A stretch of DNA of 64,000 bases, from assembly GCA_963751455.1 (NCBI GenBank), contig CAVVUN010000015.1, positions 1,408,001-1,472,000 on the forward strand, read 5' to 3'. The translations under genes were made by a program, and so were the position numbers. The notes beneath the pieces are model-generated. The model was not told where the DNA came from. It did not search any database and worked only from the letters and a program-made list of their open reading frames with translations. The stretch comes from Nitrospirota bacterium. Its GTDB lineage: Bacteria; Nitrospirota; UBA9217. Of this stretch, positions 1-9,826 are shown piece by piece; the first letter of the stretch is position 1, and each line of letters opens with the position of its first letter.

Positions 1-1102
1 TAATTATGAATTGCGCCGCCATATCGTAAGCATCGGCAACGACGGTCTTCTGAGCCCGAAGGGAGCATACGGGACCGATGCGGACGACGTGAAGCATATC
101 TTTGAGGATTACTTCCCGGAAACGACGGCCGAATGGAAGAAAAAGCGCATCCTGCTGTATGCGCACGGCGGACTCGTGGACGAAGAGTCCGCGGTCCAGC
201 GTCTGGCGGACTACCGGCCGATCATGCTTGGGGCGGAAGTATATCCGGTTTTCTTCATCTGGCATACGGACCTCTGGTCCACGCTTGGCGATATATTACA
301 GGATGCGGTCAAGCGCCGCAGGCCCGAAGGTTTCATGGAAGCAGCAAAAGACTTCCTGCTCGACCGCCTGGATGACAGGCTCGAACGACTTGCCCGCCTG
401 CTCGGCGGAGCGCGCATCTGGAGCGAAATGAAAGAAAATGCCGGGAAGGCGTCGGCAGAAAAACACGGCGCGGCTATTACAGCCTCCTTCCTCAAGCAAC
501 TGCTCGAAGAAAAACCCGGACCTCGAAGTCCATATCGCGGGACACAGCGCGGGAAGTATTTTTCATGCACATCTCGTTCATCTCCTGGCCGGGACCGGTA
601 ACGTCAAGGTAAAAACCTGCACTCTCTGGGCGCCGGCATGCACGACCGGACTCTTTAAGCAAACATATCTGCCCGCCCTCGGCAGGAACATCGAACGTCT
701 GGCCATGTTCACTCTTACCGACAAAGCCGAGCAGGACGACAATTGCGTAAATATCTACAACAAGTCCCTGCTCTATCTTGTTTCAAATGCCTTTGAGGAC
801 AAGCAGCACATTCCGCTTATCAGCGACGGCGAGCCTTTGCTCGGATGGAAAAATTCATCAGTGCCGACAATCAACTGAAAGACCTTTTTACGAGCGGCGC
901 CGCAGACTGGGTCCGCGCCCCCAATAATGAAACCGACCGGCTCAAGCACTCGACGGCGAGGCACCACCAGGATTTCGACGACGATGCGCCCACGATCCAG
1001 GCGACGCTTGCCAGGATCCTCGGCGACGGGGAGACGCGGGTTCCGCTCAAGTTCCACAAATCCGCATCAGCGTACAAAAGCCAGCGAAAAAGGCTGCAGT
1101 GA
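1..1102 (+). CDS. C-terminal part of an alpha/beta-hydrolase-domain protein (5' end lies outside the window); read across two compensating frameshifts (~510 and ~844)
   Basis: ORFs 11-601, 438-878 and 845-1102 join into one protein: LYAHGGL oxyanion motif, GHSAGS nucleophile elbow, terminal HQDFDDD. Both shifts fall in short homopolymers (A5 at 510-514, GG at 843-844). Confidence 0.7.
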
Positions 1103-1140
1103 TTGTATATAATTGAATTTCATTTCAAAGGAGGCATTTT

Positions 1141-1716
1141 ATGGCTGAAATCAATGATTTTTTAAACCCGAAGTCCATGATCACACCGGGCATTACCGTC
1201 ACTCTTACCGTCAGTATCTCGACAGCCCTCGCCAATGCCTTTAGTTTAAGATTCCCCTGGGTAGCCATTTTTGTGAGCTTTATGATCGCTGTGCTTGTTG
1301 TATTGCCGCGCGAGAAGGACCACATCAAGGGTAAAAGGCCGCATCTCGAGCGTCCAGTGTATTGTATTTTAAATACGCTCATCATTTTTTCAATGAGCCT
1401 CGGAACGGGAAAATCGATCGATGCCGCACCGAAGCCCCCGGAACCTTCTCCGGCGATACTGGATATTCTGAAAAAAATTGACGCAACGAAAGCCGGTGAA
1501 TCCGGATTCAATTTATTCGGAATCCAGGCGGCGTACGCCCAGGAAAACGGGAAGGGAAAGGGAACAACAGATAAGCCCGGGAAAAAGGATTCAAAGTCCA
1601 GGAAGCAGTCGAAAAAACTGAGTGACGCGGAGCAGCAGCAGTTACAGGAATACCTCAAAGAGCTGAAGGACTATGAGGAGAAAAAGGAGAAACATGATAA
1701 AAAATGGTCGTTCTGA
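1141..1716 (+). CDS. hypothetical membrane protein (about 3 hydrophobic segments, charged C-terminus)
   Basis: GGAGG RBS, 191-aa ORF, hydrophobic stretches in the N-terminal half. Confidence 0.75.
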   Translation: MAEINDFLNPKSMITPGITVTLTVSISTALANAFSLRFPWVAIFVSFMIAVLVVLPREKDHIKGKRPHLERPVYCILNTLIIFSMSLGTGKSIDAAPKPPEPSPAILDILKKIDATKAGESGFNLFGIQAAYAQENGKGKGTTDKPGKKDSKSRKQSKKLSDAEQQQLQEYLKELKDYEEKKEKHDKKWSF

Positions 1717-1752
1717 TATGTCGATCACTTGACGGGATAAAGGGAGATCACT

Positions 1753-2352
1753 ATGGCGGAACCGTTAGGACTTCCGAAAACCGGAAAACCGCGGCTGTCT
1801 ACCGCTGACCTGGAGACGCTTCTAGCGCCTTTTGCGCTCGACAGGACTCGTCACCCTCTGATCGTGCTGGGGTATCGAGGCTATTACCGGAATACCATGG
1901 GCGCTCCGGGAGTCAACGACCGCGGCATATACGACGACGCGCTGTTTCTGCATTCACCGGGCGCTTTTGCCGCTTTCAACGGGAATACGGACCCGTCCAG
2001 ATATCGAAAAGGGACCGGCACAAATAAAAACAAGGGCATGGCTACGCTCAAGGCGGGCGCATGGTACGTGCATAAGTTCGACAAGCACAACGGGAAGTAT
2101 CTTGCGCTCTGCCAGCGGCTGGGCCCGGTCACGGTCCTTCGGGACGGAGACCCTCCGTACGACCATACCGGCGAGTTCGGGATCAACATTCACCGGGGAG
2201 GCTACACGACAACGTCGAGCGAAGGGTGCCAGACGATCCATCCCGAGCAATGGGAGAGTTTTATAACCCTCGCAGTCGATCAGGCCAGACGGTACCATGG
2301 GGAAAAATGGAATAAGAGTGTGATCCGTTACATCTTATTGGAAAATGTCTAG
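1753..2352 (+). CDS. putative peptidoglycan-acting enzyme, L,D-transpeptidase (YkuD)-like
   Basis: INIHRGG-x5-SEGCQT resembles the YkuD H...SxGC catalytic motif; GGAG RBS. Confidence 0.55.
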   Translation: MAEPLGLPKTGKPRLSTADLETLLAPFALDRTRHPLIVLGYRGYYRNTMGAPGVNDRGIYDDALFLHSPGAFAAFNGNTDPSRYRKGTGTNKNKGMATLKAGAWYVHKFDKHNGKYLALCQRLGPVTVLRDGDPPYDHTGEFGINIHRGGYTTTSSEGCQTIHPEQWESFITLAVDQARRYHGEKWNKSVIRYILLENV

Positions 2353-2367
2353 GGGGGAAACGACGAA

Positions 2368-3300
2368 ATGGCAACGAGCAAGGCTAAGGTTCAAAAAGCA
2401 AAACGCAAGACAAAGGCCCAGGCAAAGAAGACAAGGGAAAAGCGGTTACTGAAAGTGACGATCCGTGAGACTGTTGCAGAAAGACAGGAAATTCTGGCAA
2501 AGCGGGTCGAGATGGATCGTGATGAACGCTTCAAGGAATATGTAAATAAAATCAGGAAACCCGGTCCTCGCCGGTTGGCACTGACGGCCAAAAGGCAGCG
2601 TACAATTCTGGCAGAAGGCGATTCCTGGTTTAAATACCCGCTTGAAAACGGGGGAATCATCTCGTTTCTGCAGAATCTGCTCGATATCGAGATTTGCCTG
2701 GCCCATCCTGGAGATGAAGTTCGGAACATGATGGGAGTTTCTCAACGAAAGGAATTGATCAAGAGATTGTCCGATACGCGGGTGCACTTCGATATCCTGC
2801 TCTTTTCAGGAGGGGGAAACGATCTCGTGGGGGACCAGTTCTGTATCTGGCTCAACGAGTATAAGGAAGGAAACATTGCCGTACAGATCATAGACCAGAA
2901 TCGCCTTGACGCGGTCCTCTCCCTCCTCGAAGCCGGGTACCGCGACCTGATTGCGATACGCGACGCGGTAAGTCCGGATACAAAACTGTTCTTTCACGGA
3001 TATGATTTCCCGGATCCGAACGGAGTGAAGGCGTGCTTCGTCGGCCCCTGGCTGAAGCCCTCGCTCGAGTTCAGGTGCGTACCGAAGGCACTTCGGTATG
3101 ATGTCGTGAAGATCATGCTGGAAAAATTTGGACAGATGCTTCAGAGGCTGTCTGCGGTGCATGCGAATGTTTTTTATATTCCGACGCAAAACAGCTTGCA
3201 GCCGACAGAGCAATGGTGGGCGAATGAAATTCATCCGTCACCGGAAGGGTTCCGAAGACTGGCTGAGGTATTCAAAAATGAGCTGGACCGGCACATGTAA
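2368..3300 (+). CDS. SGNH/GDSL hydrolase with Lys/Arg-rich N-terminus
   Basis: AEGDSWF, SGGGND and NEIHP blocks. Confidence 0.85.
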   Translation: MATSKAKVQKAKRKTKAQAKKTREKRLLKVTIRETVAERQEILAKRVEMDRDERFKEYVNKIRKPGPRRLALTAKRQRTILAEGDSWFKYPLENGGIISFLQNLLDIEICLAHPGDEVRNMMGVSQRKELIKRLSDTRVHFDILLFSGGGNDLVGDQFCIWLNEYKEGNIAVQIIDQNRLDAVLSLLEAGYRDLIAIRDAVSPDTKLFFHGYDFPDPNGVKACFVGPWLKPSLEFRCVPKALRYDVVKIMLEKFGQMLQRLSAVHANVFYIPTQNSLQPTEQWWANEIHPSPEGFRRLAEVFKNELDRHM

Positions 3301-3378
3301 TAAATAAAGAAGGATCAAATCTTACAGGCATCGGGATAATTCGGGCGAATACAACTGCAAATACCAAAAGGGGATAAG

Positions 3379-4374
3379 ATGATAAAAAACATTGTTCTGT
3401 TCATCGCAGTATTGCTTTTGCCTGGTTTCTTGTGTACAGAAGTGCAAGCTGAAGCGCCGGCTCCTGCTCCTTTGACGGTCAAATCGCTCAGTCCCAAGGC
3501 AGGTATTGAAAACACGATATTGACTATCAACGGAACCGGTTTTGGAGATAAAAAAGAAGATGTATCCGTCAAATTTACATCGAACACCTCGGAATTCGAG
3601 GGTTTTGTTTTAACCTGCGCTGAGCAAAAAATTACAGTTCTCATACCGCCGCTCATGGAGAGTGATCTGGTCACCGTAACAGTTACGAGGAACAAAACAT
3701 CTACTGTCCCCGTTCCCTTTGCAATATACGCGAGCACTCTTGTAGATGAAGCTATAAGCCTTAAAAAAGCCGGGAAGTCGGACGAGTTCATTGCGGATTT
3801 ACTATATAATCAGAGAAAATTATCTTCAGAAAAGGGTGTCGAGCAGGACCAGGTTTTTGGTGTTTACCATTTCGCGGCTGGGGAACCGGAAAGACTCTCT
3901 CAGGCGGGTTTGAGTGACGATTTTATAAAAAAATTGCAGGGTCAGAACCAATATATTACCGTCGGCCTTGCCGGTGTCTGGCTGAACAGGACCTCGGAAT
4001 TCGTACCTGCCCCGCTGGTCCGCATTTTTTTGATACCCAGAAGCTATTATGACTGGGAAACGGAATATTTCCCGCACGTGAAGATTCCCGGGTTGACCTG
4101 GCTGCTATGGCCTGCCGGTCTTGGACAACTGAAGAGATGGGACCTCAATATCGGAGTTACCACTTCAACATCAACCACGGAGAATCCGGGCGATCCGGAC
4201 GGCAAGACAAATTATATCATGGTAGGTTTATCTCATGAAATCAACAGGGCCGCGCTTCTTAATGTGGGCGTAGGTGTGGCCACAGGAAGCACTGAAGGGA
4301 TAAAGAAACAGACGTATTTCGGAGTTACTGTTGATTCCAATCTCTTGAAGCTCCTGGGCATTATGAACCCGTAA
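3379..4374 (+). CDS. secreted IPT/TIG-domain protein
   Basis: N-terminal signal peptide; VKSLSP...LTINGTGFG IPT signature; beta-rich C-terminus. Confidence 0.7.
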   Translation: MIKNIVLFIAVLLLPGFLCTEVQAEAPAPAPLTVKSLSPKAGIENTILTINGTGFGDKKEDVSVKFTSNTSEFEGFVLTCAEQKITVLIPPLMESDLVTVTVTRNKTSTVPVPFAIYASTLVDEAISLKKAGKSDEFIADLLYNQRKLSSEKGVEQDQVFGVYHFAAGEPERLSQAGLSDDFIKKLQGQNQYITVGLAGVWLNRTSEFVPAPLVRIFLIPRSYYDWETEYFPHVKIPGLTWLLWPAGLGQLKRWDLNIGVTTSTSTTENPGDPDGKTNYIMVGLSHEINRAALLNVGVGVATGSTEGIKKQTYFGVTVDSNLLKLLGIMNP

Positions 4375-4700
4375 GCAGGGCGTCAGAAGCAGCCGAAATG
4401 CAGCGCAATTTCAACGAACGGATCTTGTCCCATGAGGTCATATTTGCATTGTTAAGCTGGACGGATTTCTCCAGGGTCTTGGATACATCCAAAAGAAGAG
4501 TTTGACAACCTGATGTTTCAGTGCGGCGCCAAAATCGGCAGATTGTGATGCGTACCATGAAAATCGAAAGTGACCTGTTCGAATTTCATGGCAGCGAAGC
4601 AGCTTGACAGCACTTGCGATCCTGAGTAAAATCACTCAACGTATTGAGTAATTTGTAAATTGTATTTTCCCTATCGCTCAGGCAGGAGGCCCGTCCGAAG

Positions 4701-5894
4701 ATGTACCATCGCCCCATGTATCATACATTGCTGAAGAGACTGCGGGAACCGCGCAGATTCATTCAGGTCCTTGCGGGACCGAGGCAAACCGGGAAAACGA
4801 CCATGGTGCGGCAGGTGGCGGACGAGACCGGCATCCCGGTCCACTACGCCTCGGCGGACGAGCCCACGCTCCAGAGCCGGATATGGATCGAGCAACAGTG
4901 GGAAGCGGGAAGGCTTTTGGCAGCGGAAGCGGCTGCGGGCGGCACCGTCCTGGTCCTTGATGAGATCCAGAAGGTGACCGGCTGGTCCGAGGTGGTAAAG
5001 AAGCTTTGGGACGCGGACACCCGCAAGAAGACCGCCCTGAAGGTCGTTCTCCTTGGTTCCGCGCCGCTCCTCATACAGCGGGGACTGACCGAAAGCCTTG
5101 CCGGCCGGTTTGAGACCATCCCTGTTTCTCACTGGTCTTACGCCGAGATGCAGGAAGCCTTCGGATGGGAACTTGACCGCTACATCTACTTCGGCGGCTA
5201 TCCCGGAGCGGCCGACCTGATCGCCGACCGGCACCGCTGGTCGCGCTACATCATCGATTCGCTCATCGAGACCACGATTTCCCGGGATATCCTGCTCCTC
5301 ACGCGGGTCGACAAACCCGCGCTGCTCAGGCGGCTTTTCCAACTAGGCTGCTCGCATTCCGGCCAGATCCTTTCCTATCAAAAGATGACCGGGCAACTTC
5401 AGGACGCCGGCAACACGACGACCCTGGCCCATTACCTGGAATTGCTCGCCGGCGCGGGCATGCTGACCGGCCTGCATAAGTTCGCCGCAGGGCGGGTCCG
5501 CGAGCGGGCGTCGAGCCCCAAGTTGCAGGTATTGAACACCGCGCTCATCAGCGCGCAATCACCGTTGACCTTCGAGGAGGCCCTCAAAGACCGGGAGTTC
5601 TGGGGCAGGCTCGTAGAATCGGCGGTCGGCGCTCACCTGATAAACAGCGCGGTGGAAACGGGCGTCGAGGTTTTCTACTGGCGTGAACGAAATCGAGAAG
5701 TGGATTTTGTTCTTCGCTCCGGCAAAACCACGGTCGCCATCGAGGTAAAGAGCGGCTCGCACAAGGAGGGGCTCCCGGGCATGGACGCCTTTGAAAAGGC
5801 CTTCAAACCGAAGCGCAAAGTGCTGGTCGGCGAAGACGGCATTACTCTTGAAAAGTTCATGCGAACCCCGGCGGAGGAATGGGTTGCGCGTTGA
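4701..5894 (+). CDS. AAA_14 ATPase with DUF4143 domain
   Basis: GPRQTGKT Walker A, LVLDEIQ Walker B, ESLAGR, GGYP, EVDFV...AIEVKS. Confidence 0.9.
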   Translation: MYHRPMYHTLLKRLREPRRFIQVLAGPRQTGKTTMVRQVADETGIPVHYASADEPTLQSRIWIEQQWEAGRLLAAEAAAGGTVLVLDEIQKVTGWSEVVKKLWDADTRKKTALKVVLLGSAPLLIQRGLTESLAGRFETIPVSHWSYAEMQEAFGWELDRYIYFGGYPGAADLIADRHRWSRYIIDSLIETTISRDILLLTRVDKPALLRRLFQLGCSHSGQILSYQKMTGQLQDAGNTTTLAHYLELLAGAGMLTGLHKFAAGRVRERASSPKLQVLNTALISAQSPLTFEEALKDREFWGRLVESAVGAHLINSAVETGVEVFYWRERNREVDFVLRSGKTTVAIEVKSGSHKEGLPGMDAFEKAFKPKRKVLVGEDGITLEKFMRTPAEEWVAR

Positions 5895-6519
5895 CCCGTC
5901 GAGCCGGGGGGTTACGCGATTCAAAATTTAGGCCCTGCAGTCTTTCTCCGCATCTCGGCGGTAAATAGAGGTTTTTTTGTGGTCGGGATTACCGGGGAAG
6001 TACCGGAGAAGTTCAAAGGCTCTGCGTGCTGACGGTTAGAGACGGCTAGAGTCAGAAAAACTTTAATTTTGTTACATAGTATGATATTCTGTCGCTGTCA
6101 ATAGCCTGATTGGTGCCCGCCTGGCTGTATATCCTTTATCTCTGCGGCCCGTGTCGTGATTTCTTTTTTGAAGGAGAAGTAACGGCCGCATGACCCCTGG
6201 ACCTGAAGATATATCCCGTGAACAGATAGACCGCATGCCGGTGTCTGCAGGCTGGGCTGTTCAGGACGCGAAGGCGGTCAATCTTTACGCGAAACAGGGC
6301 GTGGCTATTCGTGAGTTCGAGCTTAAGTCCGGCTTCGGTACGGCTGATTATCTGCTCTACGTGGACGGTAAAGCAGCCGGTGTGATCGAAGCAAAAAAAG
6401 GCGGAGCGACGCTCACCGGCGTTGAGATCCAGTCAGCGAAATACAGCAAGGGCTTGCCTGATAGTCTTCCTGCATGGACGCGTCCGCTTCCGTTTTGCTA
6501 TCAATCAACAGTTACTTCA

Positions 6520-6985
6520 TTTGTGATTGCAGATTTGAGATTGCCGATTTGGGCGTGGCCATCTGAGATCGATGATTTGCGATTGACGATGTAAAGACTA
6601 AATCTCAAAACGGCAATCTTAAATCCCAAAATTGGGGAGATATGCAAAAGAACAGCGATGAACTGAAGAAAAGGACAAAGAAATTTGCTCTGCAGGTCAT
6701 TGAGGCTGTGAAGCGATTTCCGAGAACGATGGAGGGAGAAATCATTGGGAAACAAGTCATGCCGTTGACGCGAAGATTATGAACGAAACTGAAGCTGCCC
6801 CGCTTCTTAAAGAGGCGGATGAATTGACGGCAATCTTTACTGCATCAAGAAAAACAGCGAGAAAGAATAAAGTTTGAGATTGACGCATTTGGCTGGTAGA
6901 TTCGGTAATCTCCAGATCTAAAATCGGAAATCATAAAATGAATTACATAAATCTCAGATCGCAGATCTGCAATCGTGAAATCTCT
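6520..6985. mobile_element. element bounded by heptamer-repeat inverted arms, carrying a four-helix-bundle gene remnant
   Basis: Left arm GATTGCAGATTTGAGATTGCCGATTT is complementary to right arm AAATCTCAGATCGCAGATCTGCAATC; 7-nt periodicity. Confidence 0.6.
6642..6877 (+). pseudogene. four-helix-bundle protein (TIGR02436 / 23S-IVS-protein-like), internally deleted
   Basis: MQKNSDELKKRTKKFALQVIEAVKRFPRTMEGEIIGKQ, then in another frame PLLKEADELTAIFTASRKTA; GGAGA RBS. Confidence 0.75.
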
Positions 6986-7320
6986 TTTGTGGAAGCCGAT
7001 TTTTACGTGGACAAGCGCGACCGCGAGACCCGGGCCGTGCGGTGGGAGCGGCTCGATGATGCGGCGGCTTTTCAATGCGGCTTGCGAGGTCTTTGGCTAC
7101 TCGCCATTCGCATAGCACGGAGGTCTTGGAAAACTGCACATGATATTCGGAAAGGACTACGCGAAGATACTCGATGAGTTGAGCGGCTCTCTTGGCATGA
7201 GCGCGTGGACGAGGATCCGGCTTTGCATAAAACGAATTGGGTACTTTCCAATTAAATGGATAAGGAATTGGGTAAAGTCGAAGGGTTTCTTGTATACAAC
7301 AATATTGTTGTTGAATGATT

Positions 7321-7674
7321 ATGGATTTTATTGTAGAATTCTATGAGACGGAAACAGGCGCGTGTCCCGTGCGGGATTTTCTGGGCGAGCTGAAAAACTC
7401 CGATCCGGATGACTTCGCCGCCGTGATCGCCGGCCTGGCGAAACTGCGGAACCGTCAGTACCATCGGGAGCCGCTGTCCAAGGCGCTTGGAGCAGGGCTG
7501 TATGAACTGCGCCATGTGGGTAAACTCAACACTCGCGTTCTCTGGTTCTTCGTAAAGGACCGCAGAATCGTCGCCGTACACGGAATCCGGAACAAGGGCC
7601 GGGCCATTCCGGAGCGAGATATGGCAACCGCACGGGAACGGATGCGAGACTGGCTGAAGAGGGTAGAACGATGA
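7321..7674 (+). CDS. higB: RelE/HigB-family toxin (Gp49/DUF891-like)
   Basis: CPVRDFL...LYELR...RVLWF...VAVHG; toxin-first, overlaps the HTH gene. Confidence 0.8.
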   Translation: MDFIVEFYETETGACPVRDFLGELKNSDPDDFAAVIAGLAKLRNRQYHREPLSKALGAGLYELRHVGKLNTRVLWFFVKDRRIVAVHGIRNKGRAIPERDMATARERMRDWLKRVER

Positions 7675-8042
7675 AAAAGACTAATTTTGATAAATATCTC
7701 GACGAGCAATTGAAGGACCCGGAGTTTGCAGCTCGCTTCGAGCGTGCCGGGGAGGCCTGGGACGTGGCTCTCCAGATCGCCGCGCTTCGCACGCAAGCCG
7801 GACTTTCCCAGAAGGACCTCGCGAAGCTTCTCAAAGTATCCCAGCAGCAGATCAGCAGACTTGAATCGCCGGGCTACGAAGGCCATTCCCTGAGCACCCT
7901 GAGGAGTGTGGCTAAGGCCCTGCACGCGCGTGTGCGCGTGACCTTCGAGCCGGAGAAGAAAAGGGCCGGGATGCGCGTCGCCGAACGCTGTGAGAAATAT
8001 GGGACGAGACGCGTAATGGGCGCTCGCACGAGAGCAAAATAA
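7671..8042 (+). CDS. higA: XRE-family HTH antitoxin
   Basis: LSQKDLAKLLKVSQQQISRLE helix-turn-helix; ATGA overlap with the toxin gene. Confidence 0.85.
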   Translation: MKKTNFDKYLDEQLKDPEFAARFERAGEAWDVALQIAALRTQAGLSQKDLAKLLKVSQQQISRLESPGYEGHSLSTLRSVAKALHARVRVTFEPEKKRAGMRVAERCEKYGTRRVMGARTRAK

Positions 8043-8152
8043 GGAAGCAGTCCTTGATTTTCTTGACAAAAAGGTTCAACTCAACCATAATCAAATCCAA
8101 CCACGATAGTTTCCTTCCTGGATAAAAAAATCTTATTTAAGCCAGAAGGCAG

Positions 8153-9826
8153 ATGATGCCAGGATCCGAAGACATAGCCCGCGAACAGATTGACCGGATG
8201 CTGGAACAGGCAGGCTGGTCTGTTCAGGATGTGGGCAAGGCGAACATCCATGAAAAGAGGGGCGTCGCTCTTCGGGAGTTCCCGCTAAAAAACGGCTGCG
8301 GATTCGCGGATTACCTTCTCTATGTTAACGGCCAGGCAGCGGGTGTGATCGAGGCGAAGAAAGAAGGTTCAACCCTTACCGGTGTCGAGATCCAATCGGA
8401 CAAGTATAGTAAAGGCCTCCCTGATGGGCTTCCTGCCTGGTGCCGGCCGCTTCCTTTCTGCTACCAATCAACCGGAACCGAAACCAGATTCACGAACGGT
8501 TTCGATCCCGAGCCTTGTTCCAGAAACGTCTTCAGCTTTCACCGGCCTGAAACACTTTCCTCGTGGTTAATTGATGGTGTACCCGGACATGACCTCGCTG
8601 CTGAAGCTGCTGTCGTTTACGGCAAACAATCGACCCTCAACTCCCGCATCCGCCAGATGCCGCCGTTGATCGAAGACGGCCTCTGGCCGGCGCAGATAGT
8701 CGCGATCAAGAACCTCGAAAAGTCTCTTGCCGAGAACCGTCCCCGCGCCCTTATCCAGATGGCGACGGGAAGCGGCAAAACCTTCACCGCCATCACCTTC
8801 CTGTACCGGTTGATCAAGTTCGGCGGAGCCAAGCGGGTCCTGTTCCTCGTTGACCGGGGCAATCTCGGCAGGCAGGCCTTGAAGGAATTCCAGCAGTACC
8901 TCTCGCCCTACAACAACTTCAAGTTCACCGAAGAGTACATCGCCCAGCGCCTCACGTCCAATACGCTCGATACTACCGCCCGGGTCTGCATCTGCACGAT
9001 ACAGCGACTCTACTCCATGCTCAAAGGCGTGGATCTGCCCGAAGAAGGGGACGAGGAGTCCGCGCAGGGTCTGGAAACTGTTTATAAGGAAGTGCCGCCC
9101 CTGGAATACAACCCCGCCATTCCCATCGAAACCTTCGACATCATCGTGACCGACGAATGCCACCGCTCCATCTACAACCTCTGGCGCCAGGTGCTCGAAT
9201 ACTTCGACGCTTCGATCATTGGCCTTACCGCCACACCGAACAAACAGACCTTCGGGTTCTTCCATCAGAATCTCGTGATGGAGTACGGACACGAGCAGGC
9301 AGTTGCCGACGGCGTGAACGTGAACTACGACGTTTACCGCATCAAGACCGCGATCACCGAGGCTGGCGGAAGGGTCGAGGCCGGCTTTTATGTGGACAAG
9401 CGCGACCGCGAGACCCGGGCTGTGCGGTGGGAGCGGCTCGACGAGGACCTGGCCTACGATCCTGACCAGCTCGACCGGCAGGTTGTTACGCCTGACCAGA
9501 TACGCACCGTGGTCCGGACCTATAAGGATAAGGTGCTGACCGAGATCTTCCCGGGCAGGACCTGGGTGCCCAAAACGCTCATCTTTGCCAAGGACGATTC
9601 CCATGCCGAAGATATAGTAAAGATCGTGCGCGAAGAGTTCGCCAAAGGCAATGACTTCTGTCAGAAGATCACCTACAAGACCACGGGCAGAAAGCCTGAG
9701 GACCTGATCGCCGAGTTCCGCACCAGCCCCATGCCGCGTATCGCCGTTACGGTCGACATGATCGCGACCGGCACGGACATCAAGCCCCTATTTATCGAAA
9801 GGGAATACATATATGGCACAAATTAG
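8153..9826 (+). pseudogene. hsdR: type I restriction enzyme R subunit (EcoEI-like), truncated at ~9790
   Basis: ADY..IEAK nuclease motif, MATGSGKT, DECH, TATP, ATGTDIKPL, then an abrupt end; later helicase motifs and the C-terminal domain are absent. Confidence 0.9.

Larger units (their letters stand above)
6190..7200 (+). pseudogene. hsdR: degenerate type I restriction subunit relic in three pieces (N-terminus 6190-6510, middle ~6990-7060, C-terminus ~7100-7200)
   Basis: N-terminus is similar to 8153 hsdR (ADYLLYV..VIEAKK). 6990-7060 matches ~9376-9445 (YVDKRDRETRAVRWERLD). GGLGKLHMIFGKDYAKILDEL resembles the HsdR C-terminus. Confidence 0.8.

Noticed and set aside
5895-6189. ncRNA, attI remnant or leftward promoter (TTGACA at 6101-6096)
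   Set aside because: The -10 match is poor and I could not support any structure or repeat.
6520-6985. Diversity-generating retroelement (Avd-like gene)
   Set aside because: There is no reverse transcriptase and no TR/VR pair with adenine-specific mismatches. The duplicated segments in the window differ at all base types.
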